A stretch of DNA of 60,557 nt from Patescibacteria group bacterium. GTDB lineage: Bacteria; Omnitrophota; Gorgyraeia; Gygaellales; Profunditerraquicolaceae. The stretch lies in NCBI GenBank assembly GCA_035506195.1, contig DATJPV010000001.1:1-60557 (forward strand). Reading direction: 5' to 3'. The number at the start of each line of letters is the position of its first letter. Positions within the stretch are counted from its first letter, which is position 1. The notes under the pieces were generated by a model, which was given only the letters and a program-made list of their open reading frames with translations, made no database searches and was not told where the DNA came from. A program made the translations under genes and the position numbers. This document shows positions 26,910-34,705 of the stretch, one piece after another.

Positions 26910-28478
26910 TCAGTGCCTGAAGTGCCTTATGCCGGTAAAAACCATGGCTATCTTATGCTTATCACAGGCCTTGATAACCGCTTCATCAGCAAGAGAGCCT
27001 CCGGGCTGGATAATCGCCTTCGCTCCTGCCTTGGCGGCTTGCAGTATGGCATCCTCTTTGGGGAAGAAGGCATCCGAAGCAAGGCAGCAATTACGGCTGG
27101 AGGCGCCTGACTTTGTCTTAGCGATGACCACCGAGTCGACTCGGGACATCTGGCCCGCACCGATACCTACAGTCTTGGTGCCCTTAGCCAAAATAATGGC
27201 GTTTGATTTTACGTGCTTGGCCACCTTCCAGGCAAACACCAGAGATTCCAGCTGGCTTTTGGTGGGTTTTTTCTTAGTTACTACCTTGAGGTTCTTGTTG
27301 TCGAGGGTAAGCGTATCGCTGTCCTGGACCAGGAGGCCTCCGTTGACTTTTTTAAAATCCAGGTCCGCAACTTTTTGTGCCAACTGCGGCCACTCCAAAA
27401 GCCTGAGGTTTTTCTTCTCCTTTAACAGCGCCAGCGCTTCGGGGGCAAAAGAAGGACAGATAACGCATTCCAGGAATCCGCTCTTGGCGATTGCCGTCGC
27501 CAGGACCAGGTCTATTTTCCTGTTGATGCCTACGATGCCTCCGAAAGCGGAAAGGCGGTCGCAGTTCCAGGCATCCCGGTAGGCCTTTAACAGGTTCTTG
27601 TTTTCCGCGACGCCGCAAGGGTTATTGTGTTTGATGAACACTACCGCCGGCAAGTCAAACTCCTGTATGACGTTCACCGCTGCTTGCACATCAAGGATAT
27701 TATTAAAAGACAGCTCCTTACCCCAAAGCTGCTTCATTTGCACTAACCCCTCCTGCCGCCGGCTATCGCGGTAAAACGCGGCCCTCTGGTGGGGGTTCTC
27801 TCCGTAGCGCAGGTCTTGGACCTTGACGAAATTAAGGGCAAGGTCGGAGGGTAGCCCTTCGCCGGAAAGAGGCTTGCCTGCCCCCAAAAGGTGGAGCGCC
27901 AAATACCTGTGGATAACCCCGTCGTAGTGCGAGGTGGCCTCAAAAACCTCGACCCCCAGATCCCGGAGCGTTTCTTCGGAGAGCCGATTGTCGTTTTTCT
28001 GGAGTTCTTCCAGAATCCGACCGTACCGGCCGGGATTGCAGATGACCGCCACGGATTGATGGTTCTTGGCGGCGGAACGCAACATGCTCGGGCCGCCGAT
28101 ATCGATATTCTCAATAACCTCTTCGATGGTCACCCCCGGTTTCTGGGTTGTTTTTTCAAAAGGATAGAGGTTTACCACGACCATATCGATAAGGCCGATA
28201 CCGTGTTCTTTGAGCGTACGCATGTGCTCGGGGTTGTCTCTGAGGGCCAGCAGCCCTGCGTGGATCTTAGGGTGCAGGGTTTTTACTCTGCCGTCGAGCA
28301 TCTCCGGAAAACCGGTATAGTCGGATACGTCCATAGCCGAAATGCCGTTTTCGCGCAAGAGGCGCGCCGTGCCGCCGGTAGAAAGAATCTCAACCCCCAG
28401 GCCGCTTAAAGCCCTGGCAAAATCCACTATCCCCGTCTTATCCGATACGCTTATCAACGCCCTCTTTACCTTAACCAT
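26910..28478 (-). CDS. purH: Bifunctional AICAR transformylase / IMP cyclohydrolase
   Basis: Starts RALISVSDKTGIVDFARAL..GVEILSTGGTA and ends GIRHFRH. The 522-aa product reads as PurH over its full length. Confidence 0.95.
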   Translation of the reverse strand: MVKVKRALISVSDKTGIVDFARALSGLGVEILSTGGTARLLRENGISAMDVSDYTGFPEMLDGRVKTLHPKIHAGLLALRDNPEHMRTLKEHGIGLIDMVVVNLYPFEKTTQKPGVTIEEVIENIDIGGPSMLRSAAKNHQSVAVICNPGRYGRILEELQKNDNRLSEETLRDLGVEVFEATSHYDGVIHRYLALHLLGAGKPLSGEGLPSDLALNFVKVQDLRYGENPHQRAAFYRDSRRQEGLVQMKQLWGKELSFNNILDVQAAVNVIQEFDLPAVVFIKHNNPCGVAENKNLLKAYRDAWNCDRLSAFGGIVGINRKIDLVLATAIAKSGFLECVICPSFAPEALALLKEKKNLRLLEWPQLAQKVADLDFKKVNGGLLVQDSDTLTLDNKNLKVVTKKKPTKSQLESLVFAWKVAKHVKSNAIILAKGTKTVGIGAGQMSRVDSVVIAKTKSGASSRNCCLASDAFFPKEDAILQAAKAGAKAIIQPGGSLADEAVIKACDKHKIAMVFTGIRHFRH

Positions 28479-28501
28479 GACAGATTCATCCTCCCAAAAA
28501 A

Positions 28502-29209
28502 TTATTTATTAAACCTGAAGTTAGCCAAATCCGCGTCTTGCATTACGTATTCTTTTTGTTCCAGGCGCAGCTTCCCTGCCTGCTTGGCGGCCGTCTCTGA
28601 GCCGGCCTGGATATAGTCGTCAAAGCTGATGATCTCAGCACGGATAAAGCCTTTTTGTATATCCGAGTGGATCACGCCCGATGCCTCCCAGGCAGTCGCA
28701 CCCTGCCGGATAAGCCAGGCGCGGGTCTCTTTTTCTCCGGCAGTGAAAAAACTGATGAACCCGCTTTCTTTAAGCGCCCGGGACAATAACGCATCAGGAT
28801 CGTCTGCCTCGGCAGCCTCCGCGAGGATAACGGGTTTATTGGTTAAAAGGACGTAGCTTGACATCGAGTCTCGCTCTTCGGGGCTTAAACCCGCACGGAA
28901 AATGAATTCCTCTTTTTCTAGCAACGCTTTTAATTTATTCAAAAAAGCTTTTTCCTGTTCGCTTGCGCTGCGGCTTAAGCGCGTATCCACGAATTCCAGG
29001 TCCTTTAACACCAGGTCGGTCTGGCAGCCTTTCAGCGCCAGGATGGCGTCTGCCTGAAGCGCATCGGCCTCCCCTACCAGCTCTACCTGTACATAGGTTT
29101 TCTTTTTAGCCTTTACGAGCCTGTCGACCTGGTCAAGCCGCGGGTCTTTGACGTTGTGTTTTCCCGGCGCAAGCGAGCCGGCCGGCAAGGAAAATATGCT
29201 TATCTTCAT
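28502..29209 (-). CDS. YchF-like protein lacking the P-loop/G-domain motifs (DUF933/TGS-type C-terminus retained)
   Basis: The C-terminus FFTAGEKETRAWLIRQGATAWEASGVIHSDIQKGFIRAEIISFDDYI...KEYVMQDADLANFRFN is colinear with the E. coli YchF C-terminal domain. The N-terminus (MKISIFSLPAGSLAPGKHNVKDPRLDQ) has no GxxxxGKS. Confidence 0.75.
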   Translation of the reverse strand: MKISIFSLPAGSLAPGKHNVKDPRLDQVDRLVKAKKKTYVQVELVGEADALQADAILALKGCQTDLVLKDLEFVDTRLSRSASEQEKAFLNKLKALLEKEEFIFRAGLSPEERDSMSSYVLLTNKPVILAEAAEADDPDALLSRALKESGFISFFTAGEKETRAWLIRQGATAWEASGVIHSDIQKGFIRAEIISFDDYIQAGSETAAKQAGKLRLEQKEYVMQDADLANFRFNK

Positions 29210-29228
29210 GAGGGTTTTTTGATTTAGG

Positions 29229-31187
29229 CTACTCTTCTTCCTCGTGCTTCTTCGTAGCCTGATATTGACTTATGATTGTTGAAGCTATCTTGTGCGGGGC
29301 TTCTTCGTAATGAGAGAATCTCATGGTATAGCTACCCCGTCCGCCGGTAAGTGACCGCAAGTCATTGGCATACGTAAACATCTCAGCCAGGGGCACGTTG
29401 GCCTTGACGACCTGCAGCCTTCCTTTTACATCCATTCCCATAATGCGGCCGCGGCGGGAATTAACATCGCCGGATACTGCGCCCAGGTATTCATCCGGTA
29501 TGGTTATCTCAACATCCATAATCGGCTCAAGCAGCACCGGGCCTGCTGCCATAACTGCCTTGCGTAATGCCATGGCTCCGGCAATCTGGAAGGCCATATC
29601 CGATGAGTCCACCTCATGGTAAGAGCCATCGTAAAGAATGACCCGGACATCCACGATCGGATAGCCGGCCACCGCCCCTTCAAGACAAGCCTGCCTGATG
29701 CCTTTTTCGGCTGAAGGGATAAAGTTGCGGGGTATCGCGCCGCCGAAGATCTTATCCACGAACTCAAAACCTTTGTCGTGCCCCAACGGCTGGATCTCGA
29801 TCCATACATCGCCGTATTGGCCCCGTCCGCCGGACTGGCGTTTGAATTTACCCTGGATCTTGGCGCTCTTGGTGATTGTCTCTTTGTAGGAAACCTTGGG
29901 GGTCCCCAATTCTACTTCGACGTTGAATCGTTTTTTCATCCTGCCGACCATCACCGACAGATGCAGGTCTCCCAGGCCGGAGATAATCAACTCCTTGGTC
30001 TGCGGATCGTGCATGAATTTAAACGTAGGGTCTTCTGCGGCAATCTTCTGCAACGACCCGGAGATCTTTTCCTCATCCTGTCGGGATTTAGGTTTCACGG
30101 ATGCCGATATCGCCGGCTCCGGGAAGACGGTCGGCTCAAAAAGAACCTGCTCTTTTTCGTCGGACAGAGAGTCGGAGGTGCCGGTTTCTTTCAGTTTTGC
30201 GATCGCCACAATATCGCCGCAAGAAGCGGCATCCACGGGCCGCTGCTCCTTGCCCTGAAGCAGATATATCTGGCCGATTCTCTCTTTGGCTTTTTTGTTG
30301 ACGTTATAGAAACCGGTGGCCGAAGCAAGGCTCCCGGAAAACACACGCAGCAGGGTAAGCTGACCTACGTAGGGATCGGATATGTTTTTAAACACAAACG
30401 CCGCAAAGGGGGCATCCTCTTTGAGGGGAATAACCCTTTTTTCTTCCGGTTTTGCGGGATTGCTCGCTTCCACGGGAAGGCGGCCGGAAGGATCCGGCAG
30501 ATACGCAATAACCGTATCCAGCAACTCGGGGATGCCTTTTTCTGTGATAGCCGATCCGGCGACAACCGGAAATGCCTTACGCTTTATGATCGCCTGGCAA
30601 AGGCCTTTCTTGAGCTCCTCAACCGACAACTTGGCGCCTTCCAGGTATTTTTCCAACAGCTTATCGTCGCTTTCCGCTATGGCCTCGACCAGATCAGGGT
30701 CTTCGAAAGAACCAATAACCGCCGCGTTCTTGGAAAGCCTCTCTTTTATATCCGTCAGCGTCTTTTTAAGGTCGGCCTCTGCTTTGTCAAGCTTGTTAAC
30801 AAAGATCACACAAGGAATACGGTTTTCTTCTAAGACCTGCCAGGCGCGTTCGGTTCCCACTTCGACGCCTGCGGTAGCATCTACGACCACTACCGCCGCA
30901 TCCACGCCCCGTATGCCAGCAATGACTTCTCCGAAGAAATCCGCGTAGCCGGGAGCATCGATCATCTGGATCCGCACACCTTTATAATCGCAGTACAACA
31001 GGCTTGAATTTATGGAGCTTTTGCGCTCGATTTCGTCAAAGCTGTAGTCGCTTACCGCAGTCCCTTCGGCGACAGAGCCTTTTCTTGTGGTGGCTTTACA
31101 GAAATACAGGATGGCTTCGGCAAGGCTGGTTTTTCCGGATTGGGCATGACCTAGAAAAATGAAATTGCGTTTGTTCTTAACTTCCAT
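29229..31187 (-). CDS. Elongation factor G family GTPase (short EF-G paralog, 652 aa)
   Basis: G1 is GHAQSGKTSL, G3 is DAPGYADF and G4 is NKLD. Domains II-V are recognisable (GDLHLSVMVGRMKKRFNVEV, FKRQSGGRGQYGDV). An AAGGAG SD lies 8 nt upstream. Confidence 0.9.
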   Translation of the reverse strand: MEVKNKRNFIFLGHAQSGKTSLAEAILYFCKATTRKGSVAEGTAVSDYSFDEIERKSSINSSLLYCDYKGVRIQMIDAPGYADFFGEVIAGIRGVDAAVVVVDATAGVEVGTERAWQVLEENRIPCVIFVNKLDKAEADLKKTLTDIKERLSKNAAVIGSFEDPDLVEAIAESDDKLLEKYLEGAKLSVEELKKGLCQAIIKRKAFPVVAGSAITEKGIPELLDTVIAYLPDPSGRLPVEASNPAKPEEKRVIPLKEDAPFAAFVFKNISDPYVGQLTLLRVFSGSLASATGFYNVNKKAKERIGQIYLLQGKEQRPVDAASCGDIVAIAKLKETGTSDSLSDEKEQVLFEPTVFPEPAISASVKPKSRQDEEKISGSLQKIAAEDPTFKFMHDPQTKELIISGLGDLHLSVMVGRMKKRFNVEVELGTPKVSYKETITKSAKIQGKFKRQSGGRGQYGDVWIEIQPLGHDKGFEFVDKIFGGAIPRNFIPSAEKGIRQACLEGAVAGYPIVDVRVILYDGSYHEVDSSDMAFQIAGAMALRKAVMAAGPVLLEPIMDVEITIPDEYLGAVSGDVNSRRGRIMGMDVKGRLQVVKANVPLAEMFTYANDLRSLTGGRGSYTMRFSHYEEAPHKIASTIISQYQATKKHEEEE

Positions 31188-31267
31188 TTTTGCACTCCTT
31201 TTCGTCCCTGTAAGAAGATACGGAAGGAAGCTGGCTCTTGGGGAAGCCGGGCTAGGTAATGGAAGAG

Positions 31268-31296
31268 ATTATATACCACAAAAAACGAGGGGTCAA
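31268..31296 (-). promoter_or_regulatory. Candidate sigma70-type promoter for the EF-G-paralog ... folE transcription unit
   Basis: The minus strand reads TTGACC-N17-TATAAT, near consensus, in the 127-nt gap. It lies about 80 nt upstream of the EF-G-like start. Confidence 0.45.
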
Positions 31297-31314
31297 GGAA
31301 TAAAAACTCTCGTC

Positions 31315-32499
31315 TTATTCCAGGTAGGTATAGATTTTACCCCGGTAATTACGCAATACGTATTTACCTTTGGCCTGGGAAAGGGCATAATTGGGCCCCA
31401 CAGGGATTTTACCGCCTCCTCCGGGACCGTCAATGACATACGTGGGCACCGCATACCCGGAGGTATAGCCGCGGAGCTTCTCCATGATGTTTATCCCCAC
31501 AGACACCGGGGTGCGAAAATGCTGGGTACCCCTGACAGGGTCGCATTGATAGATATAATAGGGCCTGACCCTTATCTGTAGGAGTTCATGCATCAGTTTT
31601 TTCATGATATAGGGCCGGTCATTGATGCCTTTTAAGAGCACGGTCTGGCTGCCCATGGGAATGCCGGCATCCGCCAGCATATCGCAGGCAATGCGGCAGC
31701 GCTTAGTAATCTCTCTGGGGTGGTTAAAATGTATGCTCATCCAGATCGGCGAGTATCTCTTGAGGGTATTGACAAGCTTTTCGGTAATCCGTTGAGGCAG
31801 TGTTACCGGCACGCGCGTACCGATCCTCAAGAATTCGACATGCGATATGGAGCGTATCTTCTGCAGCAGCTCTCCGATCTCTTCATCCTCCATGATGAGA
31901 GGGTCGCCGCCCGATATAAGCACGTCCCTTACCTTTTTGTTTGACCTGATATATTCGACCGCGGCGTCGAATCTGGCTTGCTGGCTTGTCTCCTGGTGGT
32001 CCCCGACAAGCCTGCGCCTGGTGCAGTGCCGGCAATACATGGCACAGTGCTCGGTAGCCAGCAATAATACCCGGTCCGGATAGCGGTGGACAAGGTGCGG
32101 AGCCGGAGAATCCCTGTCCTCAGCGCACGGGTCGATCATCTCGTGCGGAGATACCGCTGATTCTGCCCCCACCGGTACCGCCTGTCTCCTCAAGGGGCAG
32201 GCAGGGTCTTCCGGGTCCATCTGGGCAGCCCAGTAAGGAGTAATCGCTATGGAAAGCCTTCCTGATGCCTTCCTGATGCCTTCCTCCTCCTCGGCCGTCA
32301 ACCTGATGATCTGGCATAATTCCTCCCTGGTGCGGATCCGGTGTTTTATCTGCCAATGCCAGTCTTCCCAATCCAGGGGATTGACGTCCCTGTAAAGGCT
32401 TATTTGCTGATAATCACGGGGCCTTTTTACCGTGCGGGGCTGTGGCGCGGTTTCTTGTTGCGTTCTCTGTTGCTCTACCGTTCCCGTGGTGTTATTCAA
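31315..32499 (-). CDS. kamA: Lysine 2,3-aminomutase (KamA-family radical SAM/PLP enzyme)
   Basis: Colinear with Clostridium subterminale LAM. It carries CAMYCRHCTRRR (cluster Cys), QCD and VIDGPGGGGK (equivalents of Asp293, Asp330 and PLP Lys337). The start is non-ATG (TTG at 32497-32499 overlapping the upstream TGA), so it is uncertain. Confidence 0.88.
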   Translation of the reverse strand: MNNTTGTVEQQRTQQETAPQPRTVKRPRDYQQISLYRDVNPLDWEDWHWQIKHRIRTREELCQIIRLTAEEEEGIRKASGRLSIAITPYWAAQMDPEDPACPLRRQAVPVGAESAVSPHEMIDPCAEDRDSPAPHLVHRYPDRVLLLATEHCAMYCRHCTRRRLVGDHQETSQQARFDAAVEYIRSNKKVRDVLISGGDPLIMEDEEIGELLQKIRSISHVEFLRIGTRVPVTLPQRITEKLVNTLKRYSPIWMSIHFNHPREITKRCRIACDMLADAGIPMGSQTVLLKGINDRPYIMKKLMHELLQIRVRPYYIYQCDPVRGTQHFRTPVSVGINIMEKLRGYTSGYAVPTYVIDGPGGGGKIPVGPNYALSQAKGKYVLRNYRGKIYTYLE

Positions 32500-33503
32500 T
32501 TTACCTGCTCCCTCCTTTTAGAGGCGCTGGTCAATATAGCCTCGATGAGTTCCTCATATTTCATGCCGGCGGCATACGCCATGACCGGAAAATTCGACTC
32601 CTTGGGATCAAGGCCGGGCAAGGGATTTATTTCCAGCACGTAAGGGATATTCTCTTTTTTGCTCAGGCGGATATCGGTCCGCGATATATCCAAACACCCT
32701 ACGGCATGGTGGGTCTTTAAGGCTATCTCTTTAATTTTGCGCTCGGTCTCTTTGTCCAGGCGCGCAGGACAGTGGAACGTCGGCACCAGCCCTAATTCCT
32801 CATTACCCTGGAATTCTTTCATTCTCCAACTGTAAAAAAACTCGCCGCTCTTTGCGCATTTCGAAAAATCTATTTCCAGGATAGGCAAAATGGTGGTCTT
32901 GCCGTTCTCCAGGATCCCAACGGTCAGCTCTTTTCCGTCGATGAATTCTTCGACCAGTACTTCCTGATTATAGGCACCCCGGAGCTCTTGGATCTTTTTA
33001 TAAAGATTTTCTTCATTGTCAACCACGCAGGATTTGTTGATACCCTTGGCAGAGCCTTCGCGGTTAGGTTTGGCGATAAGCGGGAATTGCAGGGTTTGAT
33101 CCAGCGTTTCGTTGCCCTTCGTAAACAACTGGAAACGCGGAGTAGGGATGTTCTCGGCGATTAATATTTTTTTGGTCAGGGCCTTATTCAACGCCAAGGC
33201 CAACGCAAAAGTATCGGAACCGGTATAAGGGATATGCAGATAATCCAGTATGGCGGGGATTTCCGATTCGCGGAATTTTCCGGATGAGCCTTCGGCAATA
33301 TTGAAGACCATATCGACGCGGTTCTTCTGGAAATAGGATAACAGGTCCGGCCGCTGCGCCTCAATAGGCTTAACCGTATGCCCGCGTCTTTCGATTGCGG
33401 CGACAATGGCATTGACGGTCTCTTCAGAGTCGAATTCGGAGAAGTAATCCGCGGGTTTGGTGCTATCCTTCTTCTTCAAATTGTAGGTCAGGCCTATGCG
33501 CAT
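32496..33503 (-). CDS. D-alanine--D-alanine ligase-family ATP-grasp enzyme (paralog 1)
   Basis: 335 aa with a Ddl-like layout: VFNIAEGSSGKFRESEIPAILDYLHIPYTGS, then an ATP-grasp core (PLIAKPNREGSAKGI, VLVEEFIDGKELTVGIL, YVLEINPLPGL). Confidence 0.85.
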   Translation of the reverse strand: MRIGLTYNLKKKDSTKPADYFSEFDSEETVNAIVAAIERRGHTVKPIEAQRPDLLSYFQKNRVDMVFNIAEGSSGKFRESEIPAILDYLHIPYTGSDTFALALALNKALTKKILIAENIPTPRFQLFTKGNETLDQTLQFPLIAKPNREGSAKGINKSCVVDNEENLYKKIQELRGAYNQEVLVEEFIDGKELTVGILENGKTTILPILEIDFSKCAKSGEFFYSWRMKEFQGNEELGLVPTFHCPARLDKETERKIKEIALKTHHAVGCLDISRTDIRLSKKENIPYVLEINPLPGLDPKESNFPVMAYAAGMKYEELIEAILTSASKRREQVN

Positions 33504-34499
33504 TTAATTAAGCTGGTAGCGCTTCAACGCGCTCTCCAGTATCTTGCCGATAATCTGCTCGTAGGAAAATCCCATCTGCTTGCCTACGACCGGAAAGACG
33601 TCTTCGGTCGACAGGGAGGGCAAAGGATTGATCTCCAACACGTAGGGGTTGCCTTCGTTGTCCACCCTGAAATCGACCCTGCCGAAATCCCGGCACTCTA
33701 CTGCGTTGTATGCTTTTACCGCAAGGTCGGAAATCTTTTTGCTCAATTCCTGGCTGATGCGCGCCGGACAAATGTATTCCAGTCTATTAGAGGTAATCCT
33801 GGCGAACGTGTAGAACCTGTTGTTCAGTTTAAGGTGCCCGTCTATCTTGATCTGAACGATCGGCATCGGTTGCGGAGGATCGTTGCCGATCACGGCTACC
33901 GTAAATTCCTGGCCGGCAATAAACTCCTCCACCAGCGCAGGCTGTTTATATGTTTGGATAACGTACTCCGCTTGTTTTTTAAGCTCCTCCCTGCTTTCCA
34001 CGCGCGAGTTCTCGCTCAGGCCCTTAGATGAGCCTTCGCAGCGAGGCTTAACGATCAAAGGGAATTTAAGGTGATCCGTGTCGATAAGGGTTTCGACGTT
34101 TTTAATCTCGAAAAATTTCGGCGTGGGGATTTTCTCGCCGATAAAAACCTTTTTGGCCATGATCTTATCCAACGTCAAGCCCAGCGTAAGGGCATCCGAA
34201 CCCACGAAAGGAATATCCAGCATTTCCAGCAGTATGGGGACCTGGGATTCCCTGTTCCTGCCGGAAATACCTTCCGAAATATTAAAAACGATATCCACCC
34301 CGAGGTTGCCCATCTTTTCCATGAGATTGGAGGCGTTGCCTATCCTTTTAGCCTTAAACCCCTGAGATTCGATAGCCTCGGCGATAACGCCTATGGTCAA
34401 AGGATGATCGAATTCGGCGTTGGCATCGGGTGGGTCGCCTTCCTTGAATTCATAATCCGTCTTTAAATCGTAGGTTAAGCCGACTGTTTTCATGGGCAT
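33504..34499 (-). CDS. D-alanine--D-alanine ligase-family ATP-grasp enzyme (paralog 2)
   Basis: 331 aa, colinear with 32496..33503 (VFNISEGISGRNRESQVPILLEMLDIPFVGS, PLIVKPRCEGSSKGL, ALVEEFIAGQEFTVAVI, YVLEINPLPSL). There is a 0-nt gap to the next gene. Confidence 0.85.
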   Translation of the reverse strand: MPMKTVGLTYDLKTDYEFKEGDPPDANAEFDHPLTIGVIAEAIESQGFKAKRIGNASNLMEKMGNLGVDIVFNISEGISGRNRESQVPILLEMLDIPFVGSDALTLGLTLDKIMAKKVFIGEKIPTPKFFEIKNVETLIDTDHLKFPLIVKPRCEGSSKGLSENSRVESREELKKQAEYVIQTYKQPALVEEFIAGQEFTVAVIGNDPPQPMPIVQIKIDGHLKLNNRFYTFARITSNRLEYICPARISQELSKKISDLAVKAYNAVECRDFGRVDFRVDNEGNPYVLEINPLPSLSTEDVFPVVGKQMGFSYEQIIGKILESALKRYQLN

Positions 34500-34537
34500 A
34501 TAAAAAATAAGGGCTCTTCCTTGTTGCGAGCCCTTAT
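34500..34537 (-). terminator. Intrinsic terminator-like hairpin abutting the ATP-grasp start codon
   Basis: The minus strand has a perfect 10-bp stem ATAAGGGCTC/GAGCCCTTAT with an 11-nt loop. TTTTTAT follows, and then the ATG at 34499 comes immediately after. Confidence 0.55.
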
Positions 34538-34600
34538 CTTCTTGCTTATTTTTTCAATTTATTTGATTTAACCTCCGAAAAAATATGAACTTCTATTATT

Positions 34601-34629
34601 TTTTTATCATACTGTGCTTTGTTTGTCAA
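34601..34629 (-). promoter_or_regulatory. Candidate promoter upstream of the terminator-containing leader
   Basis: The minus strand reads TTGACA-N17-TAAAAA with a TGn extended -10 (TGATAAAAA), in an AT-rich 206-nt gap. Confidence 0.3.
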
Positions 34630-34705
34630 GTATTTTTTATCGGAGCGGGAATCCCGTTTTATCGACGGGAAAAGGCAAAAAATACCGATAGGTTCGCCTC
34701 CGTTT

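Noticed and set aside
29778-30833. Long plus-strand ORFs antisense to strongly recognisable genes. These are 351 aa inside the EF-G paralog (29778..30833), 291 aa at 26707..27582 inside the sulfatase/purH genes, 225 aa at 54490..55167, and 209 aa at 59645..60274.
   Set aside because: The opposite strand encodes full-length, motif-rich proteins (EF-G, PurH, radical SAM). The antisense translations are low-complexity (Arg/Gly/Leu-rich), lack any recognisable motif and have no RBS context. They are shadow ORFs.
32257-32285. 11-nt tandem direct repeat (CCTTCCTGATG x2 plus a partial third copy) inside kamA.
   Set aside because: The encoded segment (EEEEGIRKASGRLSIAITPYW) aligns without gaps to the clostridial enzyme (EEEEGVAQCVKSLRMAITPYY). 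It is therefore a coincidental coding repeat, not a slippage indel or a regulatory repeat.
34500-34705. Lysine (L-box) riboswitch upstream of the beta-lysine operon.
   Set aside because: Apart from a GGAGGCGAA string near the GT2 stop, I cannot recognise the conserved multi-helix L-box core. The region is too AT-rich and simple. Only a generic attenuator-like hairpin is supported. An Infernal/Rfam scan is needed to settle it.
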